Positions 8,465-19,251 are shown, numbered from the stretch's first letter. The stretch is DNA of 34,288 nucleotides from Acidobacteriota bacterium (GCA_003696865.1 RFHM01000249.1:1-34288), one strand, 5' to 3'. Notes: generated from the sequence alone by a model not told the origin. Numbers and translations: made by a program.

Positions 8465-8681
8465 GATTATGCGAGGTCAGTGGAGGCGAAACGACGGTCG
8501 ACGTGAAGTGCTGCATAGACAACATTTTGCAAGAGCGGAGGCCGTTTGTCTAGAGAGACGAAGCTGGTCCGAGGGAGCTGTTGAACCGGGCCGGCTCGCG
8601 CATCGGTGGATTCGCCTCGTTCCCCGGAGATGGAATTGACCTCGCTCGGTCAGCGCGAATCACTTGGAGGGAGGTGGTGAT

Positions 8682-11600
8682 ATGTACGCGAAGTCGGTTG
8701 AGAACCATGGGATCTCAGTGCCTTGGCTCATTGGTTTAGGGGTGATTGTGATCAATCTCTTCAATCTCATCCACGCCGTTGCCCAGAGCACGACGGCCAA
8801 TATTGAGGGGTATGTGACGGACCCTCAAGGTGCCGTCATTGTCGGCGCGCGCGTGACGGCGAGAAATGTGGCGACCAATCTGGAGCGGTCCACGGTGACC
8901 AATGCCAACGGGTTGTATTCGCTGCGATTACTTCCTATCGGGACCTACGAACTCACGGTGGAGGCCGAGGGATTCCAGACGGAGGTCTTGAAGGGCATCA
9001 CATTGGAAATCGACCAGACGGCGCGCATCGACATCGAGCTACCGGTGGGGACGACGACCGAGACGATCACGGTGACGGCAGCTCCGCCCATCACGGAAAC
9101 GGCTAATGCGACGATTGGAGAAGTGATCGAGAACCGGCGGATCACAGAACTCCCCTTGAACGGGCGGAATTTCCAACAATTAGCGTTGTTGACGGCGGGG
9201 ACGACGGCGGCCCAGGAAGGAGGGACGCAAGGATTCTTTGGCACGGCTGGTGGGGGTATTGGGTTCGTCATTCACGGAGGACGCGATGATCAGAATAATT
9301 TTCTCGTCGATGGGATCAACGTGATGGATCATTATTTCAACTCCATCACGCTCACCCCCTCCATCGACGCCATTCAGGAATTCAAGGTATTGCAGAATTC
9401 CTATTCAGCGGAAGCGGGCATGTTCGGTTCGGGTCAGATCAATATTTCCACCAAGTCGGGAACCAATGAGTTCCACGGCACGGTCTTCGAATTCTTGCGG
9501 AACGATAAGCTGGACGCCAAGAACTTCTTCGATCTTCCCGATCGGCCGATTCCTCCATTTCGCCAGAATCAGTTCGGTTTCAGTTTAGGCGGACCGGTGG
9601 TGAAGGATCGAACGTTTTTCTTCACCGCCTACGAAGGGCTTCGCATTCGACAGGATCAGACGCGCCTCTCGGCGCTCCCCACGATATATCAGCGTCAGGG
9701 GCTCTTCTTGGAACCGATCATCGATCCGGAGACGGGAGAACTCTTCCCGACGGTCGAGGTTGATGGGCAGACTTTCTATCGCATTCCGCCCGAACGGTTC
9801 GGCGTGGTGGCTCGGACGATCATCGAGCGATTCTTCCCCGTGCCCAACCTCCGGCCGACGGAGCCGGGCCTCAATCATGTCAGCGTAGATACGCGCAAGG
9901 AGGATCGCGATCAGATCGTCGTCCGGATCGATCACCGATTCAGCGAAGCTCATCAGTTTTTCGGCCGCTACATCTGGGCGCGGAGCGATCAACTCTTCCC
10001 CTTCGGGGACAATATTCTCACCTTCGATCCGCCGCCACCGCCGGGGTTTGGGACGCCGGTGGAAGATGACAGTCAGAACCTGGCCCTGGGCTGGACCTGG
10101 GTGGTCAGTTCCACGAAGGTGAACGAGTTGCGCCTCGGCTGGAATTTTTATGATGGGAAGCGGACGGCCGAAAATAAGGATGTGAATTTCGCCCGGCTGG
10201 TTGGGGTGGATATGGACATCGCCGAGCGAGATCGGGGATTCCCCGCTTTCACGTTGGCGGGAATTTCTCAATTTGGCGATTCCGACGTGTTTAATCCGTT
10301 ATTCCGGAAGAACAACATCTATCAGATCAGCGACAATTTCTCCTGGACGGTCGGTCGCCATAGTTTGAAATTCGGGGGCGATTTCCGCCACGTCCGGTTC
10401 GATACGTTGAGCAACTTTTTCACCCGAGGATTCGCCCAGTTCCAGGGCGGCGTGTGGGCGACGGGAAACATCTTGACCGGAGGAAACGTGGTCGGGAGCC
10501 CGATTGCCGATTTCTTATTGGATCGACCGTTTGCCAACATTCGCTTGCGAGGCGATACGACGGGGAACTTCCGGACGAATCTCTACGGCATCTACTTCAA
10601 CGATGAATTTCGCGTTTCGCCTCGCTTCACTATCACCTATGGCGTTCGATACGAGGTGTTTCCACCGATTCACGAGATCAACAATCGATTGGCCGTGTTC
10701 GATGATCGTACGGGGAACATCAGCATCGCGGGAGATCGCCTCCCGCCGGAGGTGAATGGCGAACTGGCCGCGCAGTATGATGCGCTCTTAGCGGCGCTCG
10801 GGCTTCCGCCGGTGAACTATGTGACGGCCGATTCTGTGGGGCTCAACGATGCCATCGTCAAGACGGACTTTGGCAATATTGCCCCCCGGATAGGCATCGC
10901 CTATGATCTGACGGGAAGTGGGCGGACGGTCCTTCGTGCGGCCTATGGCATCTTCAACGCTCTGAGGGACTGGTCGGCGCCGAGCGATAGCCGGAACATC
11001 CTCCCGTTCACGGCGCAGACCGTCTTTGTCGACTTCGCGCGGTTTGGCGTCCCCATTCCTCCCATCACTTATGCCGATGCGTACACGCAGATCGGGAATC
11101 AACTCATCGGGGGGATTGGGCCACAAGTCGAGATGCCCATTGGGTACACGCAGCAGTATACAGTGAATCTGCAGCACGCTATCACCGCCAATCTGGGCAT
11201 CGAGATCGCCTATGTCGGAGTGACGGGGGTGAATCTGAATCGGCTGACCACCAGTAATCAAGAGTTCATCGAAACGGGCATTCGTCCCTTCCCCAACTTC
11301 AGCTTCTTCATCCAAGAGGACAGTGGCGTGAATAGCTCATACCACAGCGCCTTCGTGCGCGTCGAGAAGCGAATGAGTCAGGGGCTCGCCTTCACGGCGT
11401 CGTACACCTTTTCCAAGTCCATCGACACGGCGTCCTCGGCCAGAGAGAATGGAGGAGCGCCCACGCGCGAGCAAGACGCCTACAATCGAGCGGCGGAAAA
11501 GGCACTCTCCAATTTCGATGTGCGCCATCGGTTCGTGGCCAGCTTCGTCTACGATCTCCCCTGGGGGCCGGGGCGTCGCTATGGAGGGAATCTCTCCGGG

Positions 11601-12113
11601 GTGATCGGCAAGCTCCTGGAAGGATGGCAGCTTGGTGGGATCGTCACGTTGCGTTCGGGGCAGCCATTCACGCCTCAGTTCCCCGGAGGGACGGTGGCCG
11701 GTTTCCGATTTCCGCGGCCGGACGTGATTCGGAATCCCAATCTACCGTCAGATCAGCGCGATCCCGCTCGATGGTTCGATGCCGGGGCATTCAGGGAACC
11801 CCCACTGGCGGTTGAAGCACAGGCGCTCATTCCGGGTTCCCATCTGCCGGGAAACGCCGGTCGAAATATCCTGGAGGGACCTGGGTTCAAGAACGTCGAT
11901 TTCACGCTGCAGAAGGTGACCAGCCTCGGCGAATCGGTCGATTTGCAGTTCCGTGCTGAGTTCTTTAACATCTTCAATCACCCGAATTTCGATTTGCCGG
12001 ATAGAAACTTCGTGCCCGGTCCGGGCGGCATCAATGCCAATCCCAATTTCGGCGTAGTGACATCGGCGAAAAACTCGCGGCAGATCCAGTTCGGGTTGAA
12101 GCTGATTTTTTAA
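8682..12113 (+). CDS. TonB-dependent outer-membrane receptor, Oar-like, with N-terminal carboxypeptidase-regulatory-like domain, about 1143 aa
   Basis: Signal peptide ending AVA-Q; GYVTDPQGAVIVGARVT, ELPLNGRNF, DAIQEFKV, TKSGTNEFHG, FRQNQFG, LQFRAEFFNIFNHPNF; C-terminal RQIQFGLKLIF ending in Phe; SD GGAGG upstream of ATG 8682. Confidence 0.95.
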   Translation: MYAKSVENHGISVPWLIGLGVIVINLFNLIHAVAQSTTANIEGYVTDPQGAVIVGARVTARNVATNLERSTVTNANGLYSLRLLPIGTYELTVEAEGFQTEVLKGITLEIDQTARIDIELPVGTTTETITVTAAPPITETANATIGEVIENRRITELPLNGRNFQQLALLTAGTTAAQEGGTQGFFGTAGGGIGFVIHGGRDDQNNFLVDGINVMDHYFNSITLTPSIDAIQEFKVLQNSYSAEAGMFGSGQINISTKSGTNEFHGTVFEFLRNDKLDAKNFFDLPDRPIPPFRQNQFGFSLGGPVVKDRTFFFTAYEGLRIRQDQTRLSALPTIYQRQGLFLEPIIDPETGELFPTVEVDGQTFYRIPPERFGVVARTIIERFFPVPNLRPTEPGLNHVSVDTRKEDRDQIVVRIDHRFSEAHQFFGRYIWARSDQLFPFGDNILTFDPPPPPGFGTPVEDDSQNLALGWTWVVSSTKVNELRLGWNFYDGKRTAENKDVNFARLVGVDMDIAERDRGFPAFTLAGISQFGDSDVFNPLFRKNNIYQISDNFSWTVGRHSLKFGGDFRHVRFDTLSNFFTRGFAQFQGGVWATGNILTGGNVVGSPIADFLLDRPFANIRLRGDTTGNFRTNLYGIYFNDEFRVSPRFTITYGVRYEVFPPIHEINNRLAVFDDRTGNISIAGDRLPPEVNGELAAQYDALLAALGLPPVNYVTADSVGLNDAIVKTDFGNIAPRIGIAYDLTGSGRTVLRAAYGIFNALRDWSAPSDSRNILPFTAQTVFVDFARFGVPIPPITYADAYTQIGNQLIGGIGPQVEMPIGYTQQYTVNLQHAITANLGIEIAYVGVTGVNLNRLTTSNQEFIETGIRPFPNFSFFIQEDSGVNSSYHSAFVRVEKRMSQGLAFTASYTFSKSIDTASSARENGGAPTREQDAYNRAAEKALSNFDVRHRFVASFVYDLPWGPGRRYGGNLSGVIGKLLEGWQLGGIVTLRSGQPFTPQFPGGTVAGFRFPRPDVIRNPNLPSDQRDPARWFDAGAFREPPLAVEAQALIPGSHLPGNAGRNILEGPGFKNVDFTLQKVTSLGESVDLQFRAEFFNIFNHPNFDLPDRNFVPGPGGINANPNFGVVTSAKNSRQIQFGLKLIF

Positions 12114-12118
12114 TATTC

Positions 12119-12160
12119 AGGGGGAAGCCGGTCTCCGTGCAGTACGACTTGGCTTCCCTT
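12119..12160 (+). terminator. Intergenic stem-loop after the receptor gene (partial terminator or mRNA-stabilising hairpin)
   Basis: GGGAAGCCG (12122-12130) pairs with TGGCTTCCC (12150-12158), with an inner GTC/GAC pair; only a short T run follows. Confidence 0.45.
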
Positions 12161-12196
12161 CGATAGAGACATTCAGATGTTGTGGTGGAGGGAGGT

Positions 12197-14257
12197 ATGG
12201 CCTATCGTTTAGGTGTCGATGTGGGTGGAACATTCACCGACGTTCTCTTGTTCAACGAAGAAACGGGCGAACTGTTGCTGGCCAAGACTCCATCCACGCC
12301 CCAGGATCAATCCATCGGTGTGATCGATGGCATTCGGAAGGCGGCGGAATTGGCCGGCATCGATCCCGCCGAGATCCAGCTGATCTTGCACGGGACGACA
12401 GTGGCCACCAATGCCGTCCTGGAGGGGAAGGGGGCGCTGGTGGGGTTGATCACGACCAAGGGGTTCGAGCAGATTCTTCACGTGGCTCGGGGACAGACGC
12501 CGGGCCCGCTGGCCGGTTGGATCATCATGATCAAACCGGAGCCGTTGGCTCCCCTGGAGTTGACGCGAGGCATTTCGGCTCGCATGAGCGCCAGAGGCGA
12601 AGAGATGGTGCCTCTGGATGAGGAGGAGGTTCGGGAAGCGGTCACGGAACTCCATGATGCGGGTATTGAGGCGTTGACCGTCTCTCTCATCAACTCTTTC
12701 GCCAATCCGGCTCACGAACGGCGCGTCAAGGAGATCGTGCAGGAGATGTTCCCCGACCTCCCGGTGACCATTTCCACGGATATTCTGCCGGAATTCCGCG
12801 AATACGAACGAACATTGACCACGGTGATGAACTCCTACGTGCGGCCGAAGATGAGCCTCTATCTGGCGGGCATCAAGGAGAAGCTGGAGGCGGCGCGATT
12901 GCATCCGACGGTGAATATCGTGCGATCCGACGGCGGGGTGATGAGTCTCGAACACGCCGCGGAAAAACCGGTGGCCACGCTGATGTCCGGACCCTCGGGA
13001 GGCGTCGTCGCCGCCAGCTATATCGGCGAGCTGACCGGCTATCGAAATGTCCTCTCATTCGACATGGGCGGCACGTCCACGGATGTGGCCATCAGTTTCG
13101 GGGGATCGCCCAATATCGTCCGCGAGACGCGCATCGGGTACTATCCGGTCAAGGCCTCGACCGTCGACGTTCAGAGCGTGGGGGCGGGTGGTGGATCGAT
13201 CGCTCACGTGCCCATCACCGGCGCCCTTCGCGTGGGTCCGCAGAGCGCAGGAGCCGAGCCGGGACCGGCCTGCTATGGCAAAGGAGGAGAAGAACCCACC
13301 GTCACCGATGCCAATCTCGTGCTCGGTCACTTGCCGCCGAGATTGCTCGGCGGTGAGATGACGCTCGATGTGGAGGCGGCCAAAGCCGCCGTCGAGAAGA
13401 TCGCCCGGGCACTCGACCTGGATCTTTACCAGGCGGCACAGGGCATCATCGATATCGTGAATGAGAATATGTTCGGGGCCATACGTCTCGTCTCCATTCA
13501 ACGAGGGTATGACCCGCGCGACTTCGCTCTGGTGGCTTTTGGGGGTGCGGGGCCGCTCCATGTGAATGCCCTCTCCCAATTAACTGGTTCCTGGCCGGCC
13601 ATCGTGCCCCCAACACCAGGCGTCCTTTCAGCTCTTGGATTCCTCCACTCTGATATCCGCAATGAATTCGCTCAAACCTATATTCGCACCATGGACAAGG
13701 TCGAGCTCCATGAGGTCAAACAGGGGCTCGCCAAACTCGCCGAACAGGCCATCGCCTGGCTCGATGGCGAGGGTATCCCGTCGCCGCGACGGCGCGTTCG
13801 CTACGAAATCGATGTGCGCTATTACCGACAGGGCTACGAGTTCCCCGTGGAAGTGACTCCCGAGCAGTTCGATTCGCCGGCCGGATTCGACAAACTGGTT
13901 GCCGATTTCAAGGAGATTCACGAGCGGAACTATGGCTTCAATCTCGACTCGCTGATCGAAATGGTCAATCTCCGCGCCATTGGAATCGGTGAAGTTCGCA
14001 AGGTCGAGCTGCAGAAGTACGATCTCGATTCGGAGGATGCCTCGCCGGCGGTCATCGAAGAACATCACATCCACTTCAAAGGAGGATTCCTTCCCACGCT
14101 CATTTATCAGAGAGAAAAACTGCGGCCGGGAAACGTGATCAAAGGGCCGGCGGTCATCACCCAGACGGATTCCACCACCGTCATCTTGCCCGGACATTAT
14201 GGGAAGGTGGATCCTTACCTCAACATCCTGATATGGCCTGATGGTCAGGGCCAATGA
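12197..14257 (+). CDS. Hydantoinase/oxoprolinase A-type ATP-binding subunit (HyuA-like), paralog 1, about 686 aa
   Basis: GVDVGGTFTD, HGTTVATNAVLE, SGPSGG, DMGGTSTD, GAGGGSIA, GPQSAGAEPGPACYG, PTVTDANL and FGGAGPLH; SD GGAGG before ATG 12197. Confidence 0.95.
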   Translation: MAYRLGVDVGGTFTDVLLFNEETGELLLAKTPSTPQDQSIGVIDGIRKAAELAGIDPAEIQLILHGTTVATNAVLEGKGALVGLITTKGFEQILHVARGQTPGPLAGWIIMIKPEPLAPLELTRGISARMSARGEEMVPLDEEEVREAVTELHDAGIEALTVSLINSFANPAHERRVKEIVQEMFPDLPVTISTDILPEFREYERTLTTVMNSYVRPKMSLYLAGIKEKLEAARLHPTVNIVRSDGGVMSLEHAAEKPVATLMSGPSGGVVAASYIGELTGYRNVLSFDMGGTSTDVAISFGGSPNIVRETRIGYYPVKASTVDVQSVGAGGGSIAHVPITGALRVGPQSAGAEPGPACYGKGGEEPTVTDANLVLGHLPPRLLGGEMTLDVEAAKAAVEKIARALDLDLYQAAQGIIDIVNENMFGAIRLVSIQRGYDPRDFALVAFGGAGPLHVNALSQLTGSWPAIVPPTPGVLSALGFLHSDIRNEFAQTYIRTMDKVELHEVKQGLAKLAEQAIAWLDGEGIPSPRRRVRYEIDVRYYRQGYEFPVEVTPEQFDSPAGFDKLVADFKEIHERNYGFNLDSLIEMVNLRAIGIGEVRKVELQKYDLDSEDASPAVIEEHHIHFKGGFLPTLIYQREKLRPGNVIKGPAVITQTDSTTVILPGHYGKVDPYLNILIWPDGQGQ

Positions 14258-14286
14258 CCGTGAGATTCCAGGGAATGAAGGAGGCG

Positions 14287-16140
14287 ATGATGAGCACCCA
14301 ACGAACGAAATTAGATAAGATCACGCTGGACATCATCGAGAATGCCTTACGCAACGCCCGTCACGAGATGGACGCCGTCGTGTTTCGCTCGGCGATGTCA
14401 CCGGTGATTCGGGAACAGCACGACGCCTTCCCGATGATTTGTACGCCGGATGGACGGATGGTCGTCGGGCAGTTCGGGTCCTACATCAGCGGATTCATCA
14501 AAGAGTGGAAACGGGGCATTCATCCGGGGGATATTTTCCTCACCAGCGATCCCTACAAGTGCCAGGCAGCCATCTCCCACATCAACGATTGGTTGGTGCT
14601 CATGCCCATCTTCCGCGATGGCGAGTTGATTGGATGGGCTTCGCAGTTCGGCCACACGCTGGATATTGGCGGACCGGTTCCCGGATCATTGCCCACCGAT
14701 GCCACGACGATTTATGGCGAGGGCGTTCGCATTCCACCGGTGAAGCTGTTCGACCAGGGGAGGCTCAATGAGGACGTCCTCGATCTCATTCTCAACAACT
14801 CGCGAACTCCGGAGATGAATTACTTCGATCTCATGGCCATTGTCGCCGGGTGCCGAACGGCGGCCCGGCGCGTATTGGAACTCTGCGATCGGTTCGGCAA
14901 AGAGACGGTCATGGAGGCTTTCGAAGCTCTCCTGGATCGAACCTATCGGGCGATGAGTCAGCTCATCGTGAAGAATCTACCCGAAGAGCCCGTCTCGTTC
15001 GAGGATTACGTCGACGATGATGGACGGGGTAACGGTCCGTATAAAATGAAGCTCACCATCTGGCGGGAAGGAGATCACGGGTATTTCGACTGGACGGGAA
15101 CCGATCCGCAAGCGCCGGGGCCGATCAATTTCTATCTCAGCGAAGAGATGTTCAAGATGTTCATCGGCGTGTACTTGATCATGGTCTTCGATCCACAGAT
15201 CCTGTTCAACGACGGATTCTATCCCCTCCTGCACATCATCATCCCCGAAGGCTCGCTCCTCAGACCGAAATTCCCCGCCGCGCTGGGATGCCGGACGCAC
15301 GCTCTGGCGCGATTGTTCGATGTCCTGGGTGGCGCGTTGGGGCGGCAGGCACCAGAGCTGACCACGGCGGCCGGTTATGGGACCAGTCCCTATCTGCTCT
15401 ATAATGGCTACGATGAGAATGGCGAGTTCTTCCATTTGATGGAGATCAGTTTCGGCGGCATTCCCGGTCGACCGGTGGATGATGGGCTGGATGCCCATTC
15501 CTGGTGGCCGCTGTTTGAGAATATTCCCACCGAGTATCTGGAGAGTTATTATCCATTGACCATCGAGCAGTATGGATCGATGATCGATTCCGGAGGCGCT
15601 GGCTTCCACCGCGGAGGGAATGGTGTCATTAAGGTTTATCGATTCGAAGCCGATGGCGAGATTGCCATCCACGACGATCGGGAACGCTCTCATCCCTGGG
15701 GCGTGCTGGGAGGACTGCCCGGTGCTCCCTCATCCAAACTCCTCATTCGAAAGAATGGGGAACGCGTCCCGCTTCCGTCGAAAGTCAGTTGCGTCAAGGT
15801 CGAGAAGGGCGATCGCCTCATTTACGTTACCGCCGGCGCTGGCGGTTGGAAAGATCCCCTGGATCGACCGCCGGAGAAGGTCCAAAAGGATGTCATTCGC
15901 AAACTCGTGTCGCTGGAGAAGGCGCGCCGAGACTATGGCGTCGTGCTCGATCCCAAGACGTTGGAGATCGATCATCGAGCCACAGAGTCCTTGCGCGCCA
16001 AGATGCGGCGGGAACGTGGTCCTGTGCCCACGTTCACCTTCGGTCCAACGCCTGAGCCCATCGGCGTCATGGCCGAGTATTATAGTCGAAAGGCGCGAGA
16101 GGAGACGGCGGGCGCGGGCGTGGGAGATCGGCGAGCGTAG
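14287..16140 (+). CDS. Hydantoinase/oxoprolinase B-type metal-binding subunit (HyuB-like), paralog 1, about 617 aa
   Basis: RSAMSPVIREQHD, SHINDW, GHTLDIGGPVPGS, EGVRIPPVK, DSGGAGFHRGG and AGAGGWKDP. SD AAGGAGG favours ATG 14287 or 14290; ATG 14254 overlapping the upstream stop is an alternative. Confidence 0.95.
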   Translation: MMSTQRTKLDKITLDIIENALRNARHEMDAVVFRSAMSPVIREQHDAFPMICTPDGRMVVGQFGSYISGFIKEWKRGIHPGDIFLTSDPYKCQAAISHINDWLVLMPIFRDGELIGWASQFGHTLDIGGPVPGSLPTDATTIYGEGVRIPPVKLFDQGRLNEDVLDLILNNSRTPEMNYFDLMAIVAGCRTAARRVLELCDRFGKETVMEAFEALLDRTYRAMSQLIVKNLPEEPVSFEDYVDDDGRGNGPYKMKLTIWREGDHGYFDWTGTDPQAPGPINFYLSEEMFKMFIGVYLIMVFDPQILFNDGFYPLLHIIIPEGSLLRPKFPAALGCRTHALARLFDVLGGALGRQAPELTTAAGYGTSPYLLYNGYDENGEFFHLMEISFGGIPGRPVDDGLDAHSWWPLFENIPTEYLESYYPLTIEQYGSMIDSGGAGFHRGGNGVIKVYRFEADGEIAIHDDRERSHPWGVLGGLPGAPSSKLLIRKNGERVPLPSKVSCVKVEKGDRLIYVTAGAGGWKDPLDRPPEKVQKDVIRKLVSLEKARRDYGVVLDPKTLEIDHRATESLRAKMRRERGPVPTFTFGPTPEPIGVMAEYYSRKAREETAGAGVGDRRA

Positions 16141-16236
16141 TCTGAAGGTGGCCCGTGATGTTCGGGTACGCTCGACCGAGATGAAAGCCGCCAGACGGCC
16201 CTTTCGACAACACATGATCGTCACAGAGACAGAGCT

Positions 16237-16881
16237 ATGACGGACGAACATACGCGCGAACTCTACAAACAACGGGGATTCTCAGCGCGGGTCGGATTCG
16301 GCGAGCGCCCGGCGCTGCTCATCATCGATTTCATCAATGCCTTCACGGATCTCTCATCGCCGCTGGCCTCCAATCTGGACAAGGAGGTGGAGGCGACGCG
16401 TCAGTTGCTGGTGGTCGCGCGCCGAAAGCGCATTCCCATCTTCTTCACCACGGTGGAATATGATGAGCGATTTCGCGAGGCGGGCGTGTTCATCAAGAAA
16501 GTCCCGTCGCTGGCCGTGCTCAAAGCGGGCTCCCGATTGGTGGAGATCGACGAGCGATTGAAGCCAGAACCGGGAGAGCATATCATCTCCAAGCGCTACG
16601 CCAGCGCCTTTTTTGGTACACCGTTGGCATCCACGCTGACCGCTCTTCGGGTGGACACGTTGTTGATCGCCGGTTGTACGACCAGCGGTTGCGTTCGGGC
16701 CTCCGCCGTGGATTCCTGTCAGTCCGGCTTTCGCACCATCGTGGTGGAAGAAGCCGTCGGTGATCGGGCCCGCGGCCCGCATGAAGCCAATTTATTCGAT
16801 ATCGATGCCAAGTACGGAGACGTCGTCTCCCTGGCGGAAGCGCTGGAGTATCTCAACGGCCTGGAGACCTGGCCGGACTGA
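16237..16881 (+). CDS. Isochorismatase-family cysteine hydrolase, maleamate amidohydrolase (NicF) / N-carbamoylsarcosine amidase-like, 214 aa
   Basis: Asp-Lys-Cys triad in ALLIIDF, SKRYASAFFGT and GCTTSGCVRAS. The GFGERPALL N-terminus and VGDR...HEANLFDIDAKYGDVV C-terminus are typical of this subgroup. Confidence 0.9.
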   Translation: MTDEHTRELYKQRGFSARVGFGERPALLIIDFINAFTDLSSPLASNLDKEVEATRQLLVVARRKRIPIFFTTVEYDERFREAGVFIKKVPSLAVLKAGSRLVEIDERLKPEPGEHIISKRYASAFFGTPLASTLTALRVDTLLIAGCTTSGCVRASAVDSCQSGFRTIVVEEAVGDRARGPHEANLFDIDAKYGDVVSLAEALEYLNGLETWPD

Positions 16882-16969
16882 GGAAGGAACGAGAAGGATA
16901 TATCTGTCATCTCCCGTTTCCATCGCGGACGGGAGAACACGAATCATGAAAGGGAGAGGGAATTCTATT

Positions 16970-18190
16970 ATGGCCAATGGAGCAAAAGGAAATGCAGAGA
17001 TGCCCTTACGAGGCCTGCGCGTCCTCGAGATGGGACAACTTCTCGCCGGTCCGTTCGCGGGCGTCATCCTGGCGGCATTTGGTGCCGAGGTCATCAAAAT
17101 CGAACCACCAAAGATCGGCGACCCGTTGCGCCGCTGGCGAGAGGTCTATAAGGGAACGGCACTATGGTGGTACATCCTGGGTCGAAATAAGAAATGCATC
17201 ACCTTGAATCTCCGTCATCCTCGTGGCCAGGAATTGGCTCGCCAACTGGCCAAGGATGTGGATATCGTCCTGGAGAACTTCAAGCCGGGAACGTTGGAGA
17301 AGTGGGGACTCGGCTATGAGGATTTGAGAAAGCTCAATCCTCGAGTGATCATGGTTCGCGTCTCGGGATGGGGACAGACCGGCCCCTACTCATCACGACC
17401 GGGCTATGCCAGCGTGGCCGAAGCCATGGGCGGATTTCGATATGTGACGGGATATCCCGATCGCCCGCCGGTCCGCCCCAATCTCAGCTTGGGGGACACG
17501 TTGGCCGGACTTCATGCTGCCTTGGGAGCCCTCATGGCCGTTTATCATCGGGACGTGAAGGGAACAGGACGGGGTCAAATGGTCGACGTGGCCATTTACG
17601 AAGCCGTGTTCAACATGATGGAGAGTCTCGTTCCGGCCTATGATAAGCTGGGATACGTCCGCGAGCGATTGGGATCCAAGCTCTCGGGGATTGTGCCATC
17701 CAATACGTACATCTGTAAGGATGGCAAGTACATCGTCATTGGCGGGAACGGCGATACCATCTTCAAGCGACTCATGACGGCTATAGGTCGAGAGGATCTG
17801 GCACAGGATCCTCGGCTGGAACACAACGACGGTCGCGTAGAACATGAAGAGATGATCGATCAGGCCATCGAGGCGTGGACCAAAGCCCACACTTACGATG
17901 AAGTTTTCCGTACCCTGGAGAGCGCCGGCGTCCCTTGCGGGCCCATTTATAGTGCCGCCGAGATTCTCAAGGATCCCCATTTCAACGCTCGCGGTTTGTT
18001 CGAGACGGTGGAGATTCTGGATGGGGAGAAGGTGAAAATTCCTGCCATCCTCCCCTTCTTGAGCGAAACGCCAGGTCGCACCGAGTGGGTTGGACCGCCA
18101 CTGGGTGCGCACAATGAGGAGATCTATTGTCGCCGTCTCGGACTCTCTCAACAGGAACTGGCTGCCCTCCAGGAAGAGGGGATCATCTGA
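16970..18190 (+). CDS. Family III CoA-transferase (CaiB/BaiF), about 406 aa
   Basis: PLRGLRVLEMGQLLAGPF, FGAEVIKIEPP, RNKKCITLNL, ENFKPGTLEKWGL, SGWGQTGP, catalytic Asp in LGDTLAG, and PPLGAHNEE. A purine-rich SD precedes ATG 16970; start uncertain. Confidence 0.95.
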   Translation: MANGAKGNAEMPLRGLRVLEMGQLLAGPFAGVILAAFGAEVIKIEPPKIGDPLRRWREVYKGTALWWYILGRNKKCITLNLRHPRGQELARQLAKDVDIVLENFKPGTLEKWGLGYEDLRKLNPRVIMVRVSGWGQTGPYSSRPGYASVAEAMGGFRYVTGYPDRPPVRPNLSLGDTLAGLHAALGALMAVYHRDVKGTGRGQMVDVAIYEAVFNMMESLVPAYDKLGYVRERLGSKLSGIVPSNTYICKDGKYIVIGGNGDTIFKRLMTAIGREDLAQDPRLEHNDGRVEHEEMIDQAIEAWTKAHTYDEVFRTLESAGVPCGPIYSAAEILKDPHFNARGLFETVEILDGEKVKIPAILPFLSETPGRTEWVGPPLGAHNEEIYCRRLGLSQQELAALQEEGII

Positions 18191-18276
18191 GGAGTCCCAT
18201 TGAGGGTGATCGACCGATGGTCTCAACGATGCGGGACGAACGCTCCTGGAGGGAGAAAGATTGAGGAGGAAAACCG

Positions 18277-19164
18277 ATGCATTTACCAAAGGAGGTCCAG
18301 ATCGTTGATGTGGCACCGCGCGATGGACTGCAGAACATCGCCGGCGAGATCCCTACCGATCAGAAAATCGAACTGGTGAACGCCTTGGTCGCTGCCGGAT
18401 TATCGCGGATCGAGGTCACCTCATTCTCCCATCCCCGATGGGTTCCCCAGCTTCGAGATGCCGAACAGGTGTTGGCAGGGATCAACCGCTCGCCGGGAAC
18501 GCGCGTCATGGTACTGATCCCCAATCGGCGAGGGTATGATCGCGTTGGCCCCTGCCGGGATCTGATAGATGAGGTGGCCGTGGTCATCTCGGCGACGGAA
18601 TCGATGAATCAGAAAAACGTCAATCGACCCATCGCCGACTCCATGCGGCAATTCGCCGAGATCACCGAGGCGGCCAAAAGAGATGGTTTGTGGGTGCGAG
18701 GCTCTATCGGTGTGGCTTTCGTGTGTCCCTACGAAGGGAAGACGCCGGAAGATCAGACGCTTCGTCTGGCCGAGGAATTCTTCCAGATGGGCGTCGATGA
18801 AGTCATGTTCGCCGATACCATCGGGCGGGCCAATCCTCGACAGGTGTATGAACTGCTCGCGCGGGCGCGCGATCGATGGCCCGATCGCCCCCTGGCCGTT
18901 CATTTCCATGATACCACTCACTTGGCCCTGGCCAACGCCGTCGCCGCCCTGGAAGCGGGGGTCACCATCTTTGACGCCTCGGTCGGTGGACTGGGCGGCT
19001 GCCCCTTCACTCCCAAGGGCGCGGGGAATGTGGCCACCGAGAAGCTCGTCTATATGCTCCACGAGATGGGGATCGAGACGGGGATCGACGATCGCGTACT
19101 GGCGCAGACGGCCGCCTTGGCCCAACAATTGAAGCGCGCCGCGTCGGTTGAGGTGGTCGGTTAA
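18277..19164 (+). CDS. HMG-CoA lyase family protein (DRE-TIM metallolyase; citramalyl-CoA/HMG-CoA lyase-like), 295 aa
   Basis: DVAPRDGLQN, TSFSHPRWVPQ, ADTIG, metal motif HFHDT and catalytic loop GLGGCPF...GNVATE; SD GAGGAGG. Confidence 0.93.
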   Translation: MHLPKEVQIVDVAPRDGLQNIAGEIPTDQKIELVNALVAAGLSRIEVTSFSHPRWVPQLRDAEQVLAGINRSPGTRVMVLIPNRRGYDRVGPCRDLIDEVAVVISATESMNQKNVNRPIADSMRQFAEITEAAKRDGLWVRGSIGVAFVCPYEGKTPEDQTLRLAEEFFQMGVDEVMFADTIGRANPRQVYELLARARDRWPDRPLAVHFHDTTHLALANAVAALEAGVTIFDASVGGLGGCPFTPKGAGNVATEKLVYMLHEMGIETGIDDRVLAQTAALAQQLKRAASVEVVG

Positions 19165-19251
19165 AGTAAAGTTGGAACGCATCGTCCATGGGATCCGCTC
19201 CTGGCGATGATCCTGTGGTCCTGAACGGTCATCAGGGAGGAGCGAACAGCG

